64,000 bases of DNA from a virus, in the IMG/VR virus record IMGVR_UViG_3300021960_000046, positions 1 to 64,000 of that record, one strand, 5' to 3'. Shown here one piece after another: positions 43,299 to 52,881 of the stretch (position 1 is its first letter; every line of letters begins with the position of its first letter). The notes beneath the pieces are model-generated. The model searched no databases. It was not told the origin of the DNA and saw only the letters and a program-made list of their open reading frames with translations. The position numbers and the translations under genes are program-made.

Positions 43299-45010
43299 GC
43301 TGGTTGTAACCTCGTAAAGTTTTTATATTTCTCATACTTAATAATATTAGAAAATTTATCAAAAAGAATATCACCTTTATGTGATATAATAAAGATATTT
43401 TCTTTTTCTAATGCTTTAATAATTTTAAAGAAATCATCTGTGCCTTGGCCATCTAAACTACTATCAAAGATTTCATCTAGTATTAATAGATTAGTATTGG
43501 TACTATTTTTCATACGAGCAATGTCTCGCCATGTAAATAACAAAGCAAGGTCAATTCTCATCTTTTCACCTTCACTAAAATTATTATAGTTAAAGGTATC
43601 TCTAAATCTACTTTTTACCGTTTCATTAAACTCTTCATCTAAATGGAAAGATACAAAGAAATCCATTTGTTGTAAATACTTGTTGATTAAAGTATTCATA
43701 ATAGGTACATACTTACGAATAATCTGCGCCTTAGCACCTTTGTCATTTAAGATTTCTCTTAATACATCTACATATGATTTTTCTTCTTGTACATCTGTTA
43801 AATGACTTTCTGCCAGACCTAATTCAGCCGACATATCTTCTAATGATTTTTTAATACTTTCAATGTCAACACTTCTATTAGAAGATTGTCTTAACTCTTC
43901 ATGTATCTGGTCACTATAGTTTTTTAAACTATCAAGTGAAGTATTAATCTTTGCAACCTCTACACTCATCTCATTTATCTTAGATGATATTTTTGAGAAT
44001 TCGGTTACTCGTTCTTCCTGTTTAGTAATCTCTTTTACCAAGTCTAACATGCCTATTTCTAACTTGTCAATGATTTTTGTTTCTGAGTTACACTTGTCAC
44101 CTTTAAAATGTTCGTCTATTGGTTGTGTACAAGTAGGACAATTATCATTATCTAAAAAGAATTGTAATGTCTTCTTATGTGAATTAAGATTAGTCTCAAT
44201 CTTTGTTTCAATCTTTTGTAGTTCTCTTAATTTGGTATTAGTCTTTTCTTGTCCTTCTAGCTTGGATTTTGTTACGGCAATCTCTTCATTCAATTCTTGT
44301 AATTTTGTTTCAAATTCTATGGTTTTTTTGTTATATTCTTCTAGCTTATTTTGTTTAGCCGTCTGGATGTCATTTCCTTGCGCTTGGATGGTAGTTAGAT
44401 ACTTGGACTCTGTTTCGTACTTGGTCTTTATTAACTCCGCCTTATGACGCACCTCCGTCAATGTTTTTGTGAGGTCACTCTGTTGTGAACGCAAAATTAG
44501 GTCCATTAGGCCAAAAACTCTGATATCAAGTATCTCTTCAACAACTTCTCTTCGATATCGTGGTTTCATCTTCATAAACGGTTCGTATGATGAAGAACCT
44601 AGTATGACCACCTGAATGAATGAACGATAGTTCAACTTCATAATATTCTGTTCTAAGTATTTTTGATAGTCTATGTTATTTGCGTCTTGGTTTAGTTGTT
44701 CACCATTACAAATAATGTCAAAGATATTTGGTTTAATGCCTCGTTTGACGGTATAGTTCTTTGTGCCTACTTGAAAGTCTACCTCAACCAATGCGTCTTG
44801 ATTGTTGATAGTGTTTACCATCTGTTCTTTCTTAATGATACGAAATGGTTTATTGAATAATACAAAACATAAGGCGTCTAATAGTGTGGACTTACCACTA
44901 CCATTAGTACCAACAATCAATGTTGTAGGTGACTTATCTAAATCTATCTCAATAGGAATATTACCACTAGATAGAAAGTTTTGATATCTAATTTTTTTGA
45001 ATATTATCAT
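43295..45010 (-). CDS. gp46: Recombination endonuclease ATPase subunit (Rad50/SbcC-like)
   Basis: GTNGSGKST, CPTC hook, FSEGEK, ILDEIFD, ISH. Confidence 0.96.
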   Translation of the reverse strand: MIIFKKIRYQNFLSSGNIPIEIDLDKSPTTLIVGTNGSGKSTLLDALCFVLFNKPFRIIKKEQMVNTINNQDALVEVDFQVGTKNYTVKRGIKPNIFDIICNGEQLNQDANNIDYQKYLEQNIMKLNYRSFIQVVILGSSSYEPFMKMKPRYRREVVEEILDIRVFGLMDLILRSQQSDLTKTLTEVRHKAELIKTKYETESKYLTTIQAQGNDIQTAKQNKLEEYNKKTIEFETKLQELNEEIAVTKSKLEGQEKTNTKLRELQKIETKIETNLNSHKKTLQFFLDNDNCPTCTQPIDEHFKGDKCNSETKIIDKLEIGMLDLVKEITKQEERVTEFSKISSKINEMSVEVAKINTSLDSLKNYSDQIHEELRQSSNRSVDIESIKKSLEDMSAELGLAESHLTDVQEEKSYVDVLREILNDKGAKAQIIRKYVPIMNTLINKYLQQMDFFVSFHLDEEFNETVKSRFRDTFNYNNFSEGEKMRIDLALLFTWRDIARMKNSTNTNLLILDEIFDSSLDGQGTDDFFKIIKALEKENIFIISHKGDILFDKFSNIIKYEKYKNFTRLQPA

Positions 45011-45602
45011 TTATCATTCTCAAATTGCCTGATACGGTTACTCTTTCTATATCAGATTTAAAAGGCATTACAAAATGTCTCAATTTTGCTGGAAATATAA
45101 ACATATCTCCTGTTGCCGGAAAGTGTGCATGACTTGAAACTACCCAATCGGAATCTTCACCATAAATAAAACTAATAGAACCAGGATCTGGACTATCTCC
45201 TTCATGTGCGTCTGCTTCTTTCTTCAATTCATCTGGCACTTCTACAAATATAACAAAAGATAAGTCAGCACCATGTATATGTGCAGGATTAAAGTCACCA
45301 CTTCTCATGTAATTAATCCATAGACCAACAGGTTCAAATTGTTTAATCGACCTCTGTTTAAAATGTGCGTCAAACAAATTTGAATATGCGTCAAACTCTT
45401 GTTTAAAGTTATCATAAAACCATAAGGACGATTGTTCATCAAAATAAAATTGTGACTTTAAATGACCTGCAAGTTTATGATTAAAACTTTGTTTGTTATT
45501 TCTAGCTATTGTACCATATTCTTTTAATTTGTCAAGTCTGGTTTGGTCTACTTTTGTTTGCATTAAAACAGGACCAAAGTAACTAGTTCTAACTGGTATC
45601 AT
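44988..45602 (-). CDS. 2OG-Fe(II) oxygenase
   Basis: WINY...FNPAHIH..DLSFV, IFPAKLRHFV.PF, RVTVSGN. Confidence 0.82.
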   Translation of the reverse strand: MIPVRTSYFGPVLMQTKVDQTRLDKLKEYGTIARNNKQSFNHKLAGHLKSQFYFDEQSSLWFYDNFKQEFDAYSNLFDAHFKQRSIKQFEPVGLWINYMRSGDFNPAHIHGADLSFVIFVEVPDELKKEADAHEGDSPDPGSISFIYGEDSDWVVSSHAHFPATGDMFIFPAKLRHFVMPFKSDIERVTVSGNLRMINDNIQKN

Positions 45603-46645
45603 TCACTTGCCTCTACATACAACTCTTTTGCAAATTGTTTTAGTTTTTGTTTATCTACATCTGTTTCTACTTGGTCAATATAATTATTTAAAAATGTTAA
45701 TGTATCTTCACCTTGTTCTAAAATATCACCTCTGATACTAGCATTTAAATCTGTAGGGTCTTCAATGATTTGTAGTTCGTGTACATTGATTGCGTTATAC
45801 ATCTTCTCAACAAATCTATTGTACATATCATCATCTGTTTTTTGTGAGATGAATAGTTTGACATGTGTATTATCATATTCTGATAAATCAAATTGGTTAT
45901 AATCTGTCTTCTTATCATCATAAACAATCTTTTTAAACATTCTAAGTGGATTGGCCACTCGTTCTATTTCTCTTGTTTCTGTATCAAAGATATGAAAACC
46001 TTTAGGACATTTGTAGTCTGACCATGTCATTTCATATTGCGTACCTAGGTAGTGAATACGGCCGTCATCTGACTTTTTATGAAAGTGGCCAGATAATACT
46101 TTTTCAAACTTAATAAATTGTTCTTTCTCTAAACCATGTTCATTGATATGGCCTTTATGCATTTCGAAACCTTTAATCTCTAAATGCCCCATACAAATAG
46201 GCGATTGTGATTGGTCAATAGTATGAATACTATCATCTAAATTATCATCACAAATCCAAGGAAGAAATAAGATATCAAGTCCATCAAATGCGACTTCGGT
46301 TGCCTTAGTATAAATGGTGCAATTTTTGTTTAAGTTTAAATTCTGTAATGCGTTTACTTCATTTGTATTCTTATAATATGTGTCGTGGTTGCCAATGATA
46401 ACATGAGTGTCAATGTTTAGTTCTTCTAGCCTGTTCCAGAATACTTGTTTGAAATTGTGTGCTGTTTTGTGGTTGATAAACTTTCTTCTATCAACTACAT
46501 CACCTAAGTGAATAAGTGTGGTGATATTGTTTTCTATTAGATATGGAAAAAACAAGTCATTATAAAACTTGTTCTGATATTCCATAAAAGCAGGACTATC
46601 GTTTCGCACCCCAAAATGGGTATCATTAAGTAAGGCTATCTTCAA
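45599..46645 (-). CDS. gp47: Recombination endonuclease nuclease subunit (Mre11/SbcD-like)
   Basis: DTHFG, HLGD, GNHD, GHLE, SGHFH. Confidence 0.96.
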   Translation of the reverse strand: MKIALLNDTHFGVRNDSPAFMEYQNKFYNDLFFPYLIENNITTLIHLGDVVDRRKFINHKTAHNFKQVFWNRLEELNIDTHVIIGNHDTYYKNTNEVNALQNLNLNKNCTIYTKATEVAFDGLDILFLPWICDDNLDDSIHTIDQSQSPICMGHLEIKGFEMHKGHINEHGLEKEQFIKFEKVLSGHFHKKSDDGRIHYLGTQYEMTWSDYKCPKGFHIFDTETREIERVANPLRMFKKIVYDDKKTDYNQFDLSEYDNTHVKLFISQKTDDDMYNRFVEKMYNAINVHELQIIEDPTDLNASIRGDILEQGEDTLTFLNNYIDQVETDVDKQKLKQFAKELYVEASE

Positions 46646-46656
46646 AGTTCACTCCG

Positions 46657-47154
46657 TTAATAATAATTTATATTGATGTTCATTCTACTGGCAGTATTTG
46701 TACATGTGGTACTTGAATGTGGCCTACTGCTATCGAATAGTAACAATCTATTCTTTACACTTTTTATTTTTGTACCGTCTTCTAATAAGGTATAACCATC
46801 ATTTGAATTTATATAAAACAAAGCACCCTTATGTGGGAAGTCAAAATCAGTATGCATTCCGTGTTCAATAATTTCAGGTGTTGCTTGATATAAATTACAT
46901 TTAATTCTAATAATTGCTTGTGCTTTAATTCTTCTTAGAATAGGTTGTGTCAAACTGAAGTATTGACTACTTGGTTGATACGCCTGATACATCAAATGTG
47001 CCATATAAAAATGTGGTATATTTGACTTTACTTCTTTGAAAGGCAAAGCAACTTGTTCACCATAGAACCATGGAAAGTAACTACTTGTTAATTGACTTTC
47101 AATATGTTCAAAGTCTGCCTCTGTCAAGGCATTATCTATTATTTCATATTGCAT
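46657..47154 (-). CDS. 2OG-Fe(II) oxygenase-like protein
   Basis: HTD, LFYINSNDGYT, PHSS, RMNININY. Confidence 0.8.
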   Translation of the reverse strand: MQYEIIDNALTEADFEHIESQLTSSYFPWFYGEQVALPFKEVKSNIPHFYMAHLMYQAYQPSSQYFSLTQPILRRIKAQAIIRIKCNLYQATPEIIEHGMHTDFDFPHKGALFYINSNDGYTLLEDGTKIKSVKNRLLLFDSSRPHSSTTCTNTASRMNININYY

Positions 47155-47655
47155 TTATTTTTTTTTCTTTTTCTTTACGACAATATCTGCATTGTCTGTA
47201 GGTAAATTCTTTTGTAAGAATTCGGTGAATTGATTTTTAAATTCCCTATCTTCACCTGGTTGTAAGGTCATATCATCATAGTTGGCCTCAGCAATCATTC
47301 TCTGTTTAATAGTCATCTGTTTCTTTTCTTTTTGTATTCTACGAACAAATGCATAGTAAATGATTTGTGTAAAATAAGCAAAAGGATTTTGACTTGTTTC
47401 AGGATTGAAGTTATCTAAGTATTGTAGGCAGTTTTCTATACCATCAGAAATCATATCGTCTCTAAAAGTATAGTTGATGAAATTTGGTTTGTAAGAAAGG
47501 TGATTGGCAATCTTTAAGAAACACTCACCAATATAATCTGTGACTGGTGGTTTCTCTTTACCAACTGATTTCGCCTCTAGTACGGTCTTTCTGTATTCGG
47601 TCATAGCCGCCAGAAATTCCTTGTTATTTACATAATGTTCTTTTTTTGCACTCAT
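47155..47655 (-). CDS. gp55: Late transcription sigma factor (start revised to MSAKKEHY)
   Basis: HYVNNKEFL, YKPNFINY, DMISDGIENC, NPFAYFTQI. Confidence 0.95.
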   Translation of the reverse strand: MSAKKEHYVNNKEFLAAMTEYRKTVLEAKSVGKEKPPVTDYIGECFLKIANHLSYKPNFINYTFRDDMISDGIENCLQYLDNFNPETSQNPFAYFTQIIYYAFVRRIQKEKKQMTIKQRMIAEANYDDMTLQPGEDREFKNQFTEFLQKNLPTDNADIVVKKKKKK

Positions 47656-47664
47656 AATATCCTC

Positions 47665-47693
47665 ACTATACATTATTATTCATTTATTGTCAA
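47665..47693 (-). promoter_or_regulatory. sigma70 promoter for gp55
   Basis: TTGACA-17-TATAGT. Confidence 0.75.
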
Positions 47694-47718
47694 TGCTAGG
47701 TTGTATATCGTCCTAGGC

Positions 47719-47746
47719 TTGACATGCTTGCCTTAATCTGTATAAT
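47719..47746 (+). promoter_or_regulatory. Consensus sigma70 promoter on the plus (antisense) strand
   Basis: TTGACA-16-TATAAT; 16-nt CGTCCTAGGCTTGACA identical to the tRNA-Gly promoter. Confidence 0.65.
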
Positions 47747-47779
47747 AGCGGTGTCCGCTTTGATTAAGACATAGCTCCA

Positions 47780-48217
47780 TTAGTGTAGAGTTGTCTTGTC
47801 ATTAAACTCATCAAATATTTCATTCAACTCATTATTGTCCTCTTCGTCCAACTGCGAGCCCTTTTCGTCTACCTTATTTGGCAACGGCGAAACTGGCAAC
47901 CTGTCGTATGCATGAGAAAGGTTTACATAACTCTTACTCATCTCAACACTTGCATTTGTAATAGTCATAATCTTATCTTTAGGAATAGTAATTATTTTAT
48001 CTGGTGTATAGGCTGTCCACTTTGTTAAAGCAATATAGTCTCTGAATCCAGCCTCAGTAAATTGTGGAATGTATTTTATTAATAAAGGTCTTTCTAATCT
48101 TAAAAGAGGACCATTATCTGGTAATTGTTTTTCGCCAGTTAATATTCTACAAATAACATCTTCACCATTAACTAACTTTATTATTTTTATTTCTTCGTTA
48201 TTTTGGTGCATTTGCAT
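47780..48217 (-). CDS. Conserved T4-like hypothetical protein (Sm-like fold likely)
   Basis: IKIIKLVNGEDVIC...KW..Y; usual position between uvsW and gp55. Confidence 0.7.
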   Translation of the reverse strand: MQMHQNNEEIKIIKLVNGEDVICRILTGEKQLPDNGPLLRLERPLLIKYIPQFTEAGFRDYIALTKWTAYTPDKIITIPKDKIMTITNASVEMSKSYVNLSHAYDRLPVSPLPNKVDEKGSQLDEEDNNELNEIFDEFNDKTTLH

Positions 48218-49691
48218 TTAACTCCACATTATGGATTTCATAATCAAAATCTTCTTCATTGTATATATTTATCCTTTCCCTAAAATGGGCTAGAGTGTAG
48301 TTCTCTTTCTCATTATAAGTTAAATCGTCCGATATGTCATATAAGGTTGCATGACTATTGTTATCTTTTAACCTAAGTCCACGGCCAATAGATTGTAAAT
48401 TTCTAATCCTGGACTTTGAAGGTGAAGCAAACACAATATTATGAAGATTGCGAATATTAATACCAGTTGAGAATGTTCCATAAGAAGCAACAATAATTGC
48501 ATTATCCGACTTCTCTGTGATTTCTCTGATTTTTTCTCTTTCATCTGCGTCAACGCCTCCGTAAACATAGAATACTTTTTTATCTTCTGCTTTGTCTCTT
48601 ATACTTTCATATAAATCTTTGCCATGTTTTTCTACATACTGAAATAATACTAATGAGTTGCCTTGTAAACCAGCGGCCAAGTTTCTAATAAACTTGTTTC
48701 TTTTATCTGATTGTACAATGTAATCCATTTCTTCTTGGTAGTTCATACCATGACAATGTTTTCTTTCATCTTTACCGTGTTTTAAAACTAAACATAATAT
48801 TTTTAATGCGGCCAGTTTTCCTTTTAATTGTAGTTCTGTCGTAGATACTACCTTGTTAACCGTACCGAATAGTCCTTCTAAGACTAATTTATGAGTTTTA
48901 GTTCCGTCTAATGTACCTGTAAGACCAATTCTATGTGAACAATTTTCTAACTTAGTTAATATTTTTGTTAGTGATACTGCTTTGAACAAGTGTGCCTCAT
49001 CACCTACAATACAACCAAATTGTTTAAACCATTTTTTAGGTTGATTATATATTGATTGCCATGTAGATATAATAACAGACTTATTAGTATCTTTGTCGTG
49101 TCCTTGATATATCTTGTGTACATTTCTTTCAGACGACCAACCATAGTCTTTAAAGTCTTTAAATAATTGTTCAACCAATGATGTAGTTGGTACAATAATT
49201 AAAATCTTATTGTTTTTATTTTCTTTTATTTTAAGTAAGAAGAACCTAATAAGAAGATAAACAATAAGAGATTTTCCACTAGCGGTGGGTGAAAGTAATA
49301 AACACCTATTTTTCTTAATACCATGTACAAATGCCTCTCTTTGATAATCTCTGACTTCAAAAGGTATCTTTAATGCTTTAATAAAACCATCAATTGCCTT
49401 TTCGTCAATCTTAGTGTCTTTAATCTTTGTGCCATCTACCACATGAACATCATTCTTTTGACACCAATCTAATATATATGGATATAGACCAACATAAATC
49501 TGGCCTGTCGCATATGAATATAATCTAATTTTGCCGTCCCATACTCTACTACGGTATTGTGGCATAAATTTAAAACCAGGTACTTCAAATGTAAAGTATT
49601 CTCCTAGTTCTCTACGAATACTATCGTCTGCTTCTATTTTTAAATAGACATCATCTTTCTTGTCTATAATCAAATATCTTTGTGAATTCAT
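48198..49691 (-). CDS. uvsW: SF2 RNA-DNA/DNA helicase
   Basis: RDYQ, SPTASGKS, GDEAH, GLTGT, QSIGRGLR. Confidence 0.95.
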   Translation of the reverse strand: MNSQRYLIIDKKDDVYLKIEADDSIRRELGEYFTFEVPGFKFMPQYRSRVWDGKIRLYSYATGQIYVGLYPYILDWCQKNDVHVVDGTKIKDTKIDEKAIDGFIKALKIPFEVRDYQREAFVHGIKKNRCLLLSPTASGKSLIVYLLIRFFLLKIKENKNNKILIIVPTTSLVEQLFKDFKDYGWSSERNVHKIYQGHDKDTNKSVIISTWQSIYNQPKKWFKQFGCIVGDEAHLFKAVSLTKILTKLENCSHRIGLTGTLDGTKTHKLVLEGLFGTVNKVVSTTELQLKGKLAALKILCLVLKHGKDERKHCHGMNYQEEMDYIVQSDKRNKFIRNLAAGLQGNSLVLFQYVEKHGKDLYESIRDKAEDKKVFYVYGGVDADEREKIREITEKSDNAIIVASYGTFSTGINIRNLHNIVFASPSKSRIRNLQSIGRGLRLKDNNSHATLYDISDDLTYNEKENYTLAHFRERINIYNEEDFDYEIHNVELNANAPK

Positions 49692-50305
49692 TAAAAGTTT
49701 CCAGAAGAATAATCGTCTGAGGATCCTAATTTTCCTCTGAACATAACATTGAACGAAATACTAACTCTATTAGTATCTGTTTCATTTACAGGAACATAAT
49801 GTTTTAACCAAGACGGAAATAACATTAATCTATTTTGTGTTGCATTGTATTGCCATAGAGATGAATTGTCTGTGTTATAATTCTTAATTGTAGGTACAAG
49901 TACATCTACTGCTGGCCTAGGGTCTAAAAAAGTAATACCTGGATGTGCGTCAATACTACTAACATAAAAAACTCCACTTAACATATTGTTTGAATGACCA
50001 TGTGTTCTGTGCATTTCACCTTTTTCATATACATTTGCCCACATGTCTGTAATTTCATAATCTTCATATACATACTGCATATTATCAAAATAATACTTTG
50101 TACTTTTTAATATAGTATCAGTTAATTCTGAATATAGTTTTTCATTGTGAAGATTGGCCTTTGATTGCCATTGTTTAAACTCTTCATTCTTTTTTTTGTT
50201 TTGTATATCTGATAGAATAGATAATCTTACATCATCAACTAAGATGTTATCTTGTATTTGAATAAGTGTAGGAAATAATCTATCATAGAATATAGTTTGT
50301 ATCAT
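49691..50305 (-). CDS. 2OG-Fe(II) oxygenase (TIGR02466-like)
   Basis: LFPT, MWAN, HGHSN..LSGVFY, FLDPR, LFPSWLKHYV, RVSISFN. Confidence 0.88.
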   Translation of the reverse strand: MIQTIFYDRLFPTLIQIQDNILVDDVRLSILSDIQNKKKNEEFKQWQSKANLHNEKLYSELTDTILKSTKYYFDNMQYVYEDYEITDMWANVYEKGEMHRTHGHSNNMLSGVFYVSSIDAHPGITFLDPRPAVDVLVPTIKNYNTDNSSLWQYNATQNRLMLFPSWLKHYVPVNETDTNRVSISFNVMFRGKLGSSDDYSSGNF

Positions 50306-50730
50306 ATCGCACCACTAGTAAACTTACGCCATTCAATTGCGTTTCTTATTTGCCAATCTCTGCTTGAGATTTGTCTTAAAGTTTTATCTAAGTAATCTAC
50401 TATAGTTGACAGATAGTCAACCTTTTGTTTTGCTTTGACATATTCTACATCTGATTTAATGTATTGGTCAACATCTTGTTTCAATACTTTTAAATTAAAT
50501 GGATTGTCAATGTATGTTTGTTGGTCTGATTTGCCTGTGTAATATTCCCACTTGTCTCTTTGTGTGGTAATTAATTCAGCTTCAGCTCTGCTTAATAACA
50601 ACTTAAAGTTATTAAGATGTTTCATATATTTGTTGTGTAGTTGAGGAGTTTTCAGCGATTCCAAATCAAGTTCAGTATCGTTGAGTTTCATATCTTTCTC
50701 AACTAAATCTTGTAGTTCTTCTAAAGTCAT
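50302..50730 (-). CDS. uvsY: Recombination mediator
   Basis: ESLKTPQLHNKY, WEYYTGK, R.WQIRNAIEWRKF. Confidence 0.92.
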   Translation of the reverse strand: MTLEELQDLVEKDMKLNDTELDLESLKTPQLHNKYMKHLNNFKLLLSRAEAELITTQRDKWEYYTGKSDQQTYIDNPFNLKVLKQDVDQYIKSDVEYVKAKQKVDYLSTIVDYLDKTLRQISSRDWQIRNAIEWRKFTSGAI

Positions 50731-50750
50731 AATATCTCCATAATCTTACT

Positions 50751-50779
50751 ATAATAACACAAAAACTTTAAAATGTAAA
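50751..50779 (-). promoter_or_regulatory. sigma70-type promoter for uvsY
   Basis: TTTACA-17-TATTAT. Confidence 0.65.
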
Positions 50780-50783
50780 GCTT

Positions 50784-51410
50784 TTAAGAGGTTACGGTAG
50801 TTGTTCTACTATCACCGGCACTTGCAAATTCATATTGTCTGTACTGAAATGAAACGGTAGCGGTTAAGTAATCCACATCTGTGGCTTGTTGTGTGTAGTT
50901 CAATCCACTCAATGATACTGGATAGATATCTGTAAATCGTACCTCAGTAACAGGATTGTTTTTACTTGTTAGTATTGTTAATGTTGCGTCTGAATATACT
51001 GCACCTTGTGATGTTGCACCATATTTAACTTTACCAGGATCCGTTGACAAATTGGCACCACTTGAAGTAGGAAATCTATCTCCGCCAGCTCTTAACAAAT
51101 CTCTGTATTGTTTATTATCTGTAGGAAAACCTAAGCCTGATAACCAACCAAATATTTCTTGGTAGTTTTCTAAGTTTTCATCTACTAAGAATGACATCTC
51201 AATATTAGAAAAGTCTAGTTTATCTCCAGGTAAAGGAATGTCAACTAGAGGTGTTTGAAAAGTTCTAGTTGGTAATGATACAGCTGGAATGTTTACAGCA
51301 GTACAGAAATATTCAACCTTAGGCAATTTAATAATATTAAACTTAAACTGCGTAGGTGAAGCATAGTCTGTTTTTGTAGGCTGTCTGCCATATGAATTAA
51401 TAGTAGTCAT
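50784..51410 (-). CDS. gp3: Tail completion/tube terminator
   Basis: SPTQFKF, FLVDENLENY.EI..W, SDATL, P.SLSGL; follows gp23. Confidence 0.85.
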   Translation of the reverse strand: MTTINSYGRQPTKTDYASPTQFKFNIIKLPKVEYFCTAVNIPAVSLPTRTFQTPLVDIPLPGDKLDFSNIEMSFLVDENLENYQEIFGWLSGLGFPTDNKQYRDLLRAGGDRFPTSSGANLSTDPGKVKYGATSQGAVYSDATLTILTSKNNPVTEVRFTDIYPVSLSGLNYTQQATDVDYLTATVSFQYRQYEFASAGDSRTTTVTS

Positions 51411-51461
51411 TTTTTAACCTTTTATAATACAGGACTATTTATCCACTCCAGGAAAAAGGCC

Positions 51462-51492
51462 AAAAAAAAGGGGGCGTGAAAGCCCCCTTTTT
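51462..51492 (-). terminator. Intrinsic terminator after the major capsid gene
   Basis: AAAAAGGGGGC-TTTCAC-GCCCCC-T8. Confidence 0.9.
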
Positions 51493-51513
51493 AATATAGT
51501 AACTAAACTGATA

Positions 51514-52854
51514 TTACATTAAGTTTGCAACTTGCACTCTTTGGTAGTATCTGTTTGAGTTAGCAGAACCAGCGTCATTTACTGCTGAAGCAGCACCTGA
51601 AATCGCACCAGTTTCCGCAAATGGGTTCGCTACTAGACCATATCTAGTTTTGAAACCGATTTTCGGCTGGAAAGTGTCCTGACCAACTGCTCTAACCATT
51701 TGTAAAGGTACATATGGGCAGTAGAATAAACCTGCGTCATATGGTGAAGTACCTTTGTAACCAATAACATAGTATTGTTTACTAGATGAGTTAGCAGAGT
51801 ACGGATCAATGTACACTTTGTATCTGCCGTTAAGAACACCAGCAAATGTATTGCCTGTGTCATCAACTGATAGATTGTTGTTTAATGCTGGAGTATAGTC
51901 TAAAACGCCTGCCATTTGTAATGCACTAGCAACATCAGCAGAACAGATAATAATATTACCTTTTCCTCTTCTTGTTCTTTGTGCAATTCTGTTAGCGTCT
52001 CTTTCTAATTGGAACATCAAACCTTTAAATCTTTCAACTGACCATCTTCCGTTGGAATCTGTGTCTAAGTCAAAGATACCTGGTGTTGTAACATTACCAG
52101 TTTGTGCGCCTTTTTCAGCATTGACATAAACCGTTCTTACAACTTCTCTGTTGATTTCCGCAAGGATCTCAGCAGATAGAATGTTTGCAAGTTCAGTCTC
52201 AGCGTCTAAACCATGGATTGCTTTTAAGTCTTGTGCAAGTTCCATAGTGTATTCTGCTTTAAGAGCTCTTGATTTAGCAGTCACCGTTGATTTCTCAATT
52301 GAGAATGCCATTTCAGCGAATTGGTTTCCGCTGTCATCACCTAGAGCTTCAGCAGCTGCTGTAGTCATTCCACCACCTTTTGTGTAAGTACCTGGTGAGC
52401 CGTCATTTAATACAGCTGGGTTAGTACCTGAGTGGTCTTCTGTAGTGAAGCCATCAACGCTTGAACCAGCAGCGTTTCGACCTGTATAGTCGGAATCTGC
52501 TTCGTCAAACATAGCTTCTTGTCCAGTTTGTGAAGTATATCTACTTCTCATTGCAAAGATAAGGCCAGTTGGTCCAGTCATTGGCTGAACGCCAGCGATA
52601 TCATATGCGATTAAGTTTGGCATAGCTCGTCTTACGAGTGAAATTAGGATTGGGTCCCAATTTGCTACACCACTACCTGTAGAGTTGGTAGGAGCTGCTT
52701 CAGACATAAACGCTCTGTCTTCTTTTAAAGCTGCTTCCTGGTTTTCCAAGATTACAGATGTAACGGCACGCCTATAAGGATCCGAGATTTTTGGTAAATC
52801 CGGATGCTCTAGGACTGGCTGCCATTTTTTTTCATGTGTTTCTGAAAGATACAT
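51514..52854 (-). CDS. gp23: Major capsid protein
   Basis: KWQPVL, LISLVRR, QPMTGPTGLIFAMR, SRALKAEYT.ELAQDLKAIHGLDAE, FYCPYVPL. Confidence 0.98.
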   Translation of the reverse strand: MYLSETHEKKWQPVLEHPDLPKISDPYRRAVTSVILENQEAALKEDRAFMSEAAPTNSTGSGVANWDPILISLVRRAMPNLIAYDIAGVQPMTGPTGLIFAMRSRYTSQTGQEAMFDEADSDYTGRNAAGSSVDGFTTEDHSGTNPAVLNDGSPGTYTKGGGMTTAAAEALGDDSGNQFAEMAFSIEKSTVTAKSRALKAEYTMELAQDLKAIHGLDAETELANILSAEILAEINREVVRTVYVNAEKGAQTGNVTTPGIFDLDTDSNGRWSVERFKGLMFQLERDANRIAQRTRRGKGNIIICSADVASALQMAGVLDYTPALNNNLSVDDTGNTFAGVLNGRYKVYIDPYSANSSSKQYYVIGYKGTSPYDAGLFYCPYVPLQMVRAVGQDTFQPKIGFKTRYGLVANPFAETGAISGAASAVNDAGSANSNRYYQRVQVANLM

Positions 52855-52881
52855 GTATTTTCTCCCTATTGCTTTTTTCCG

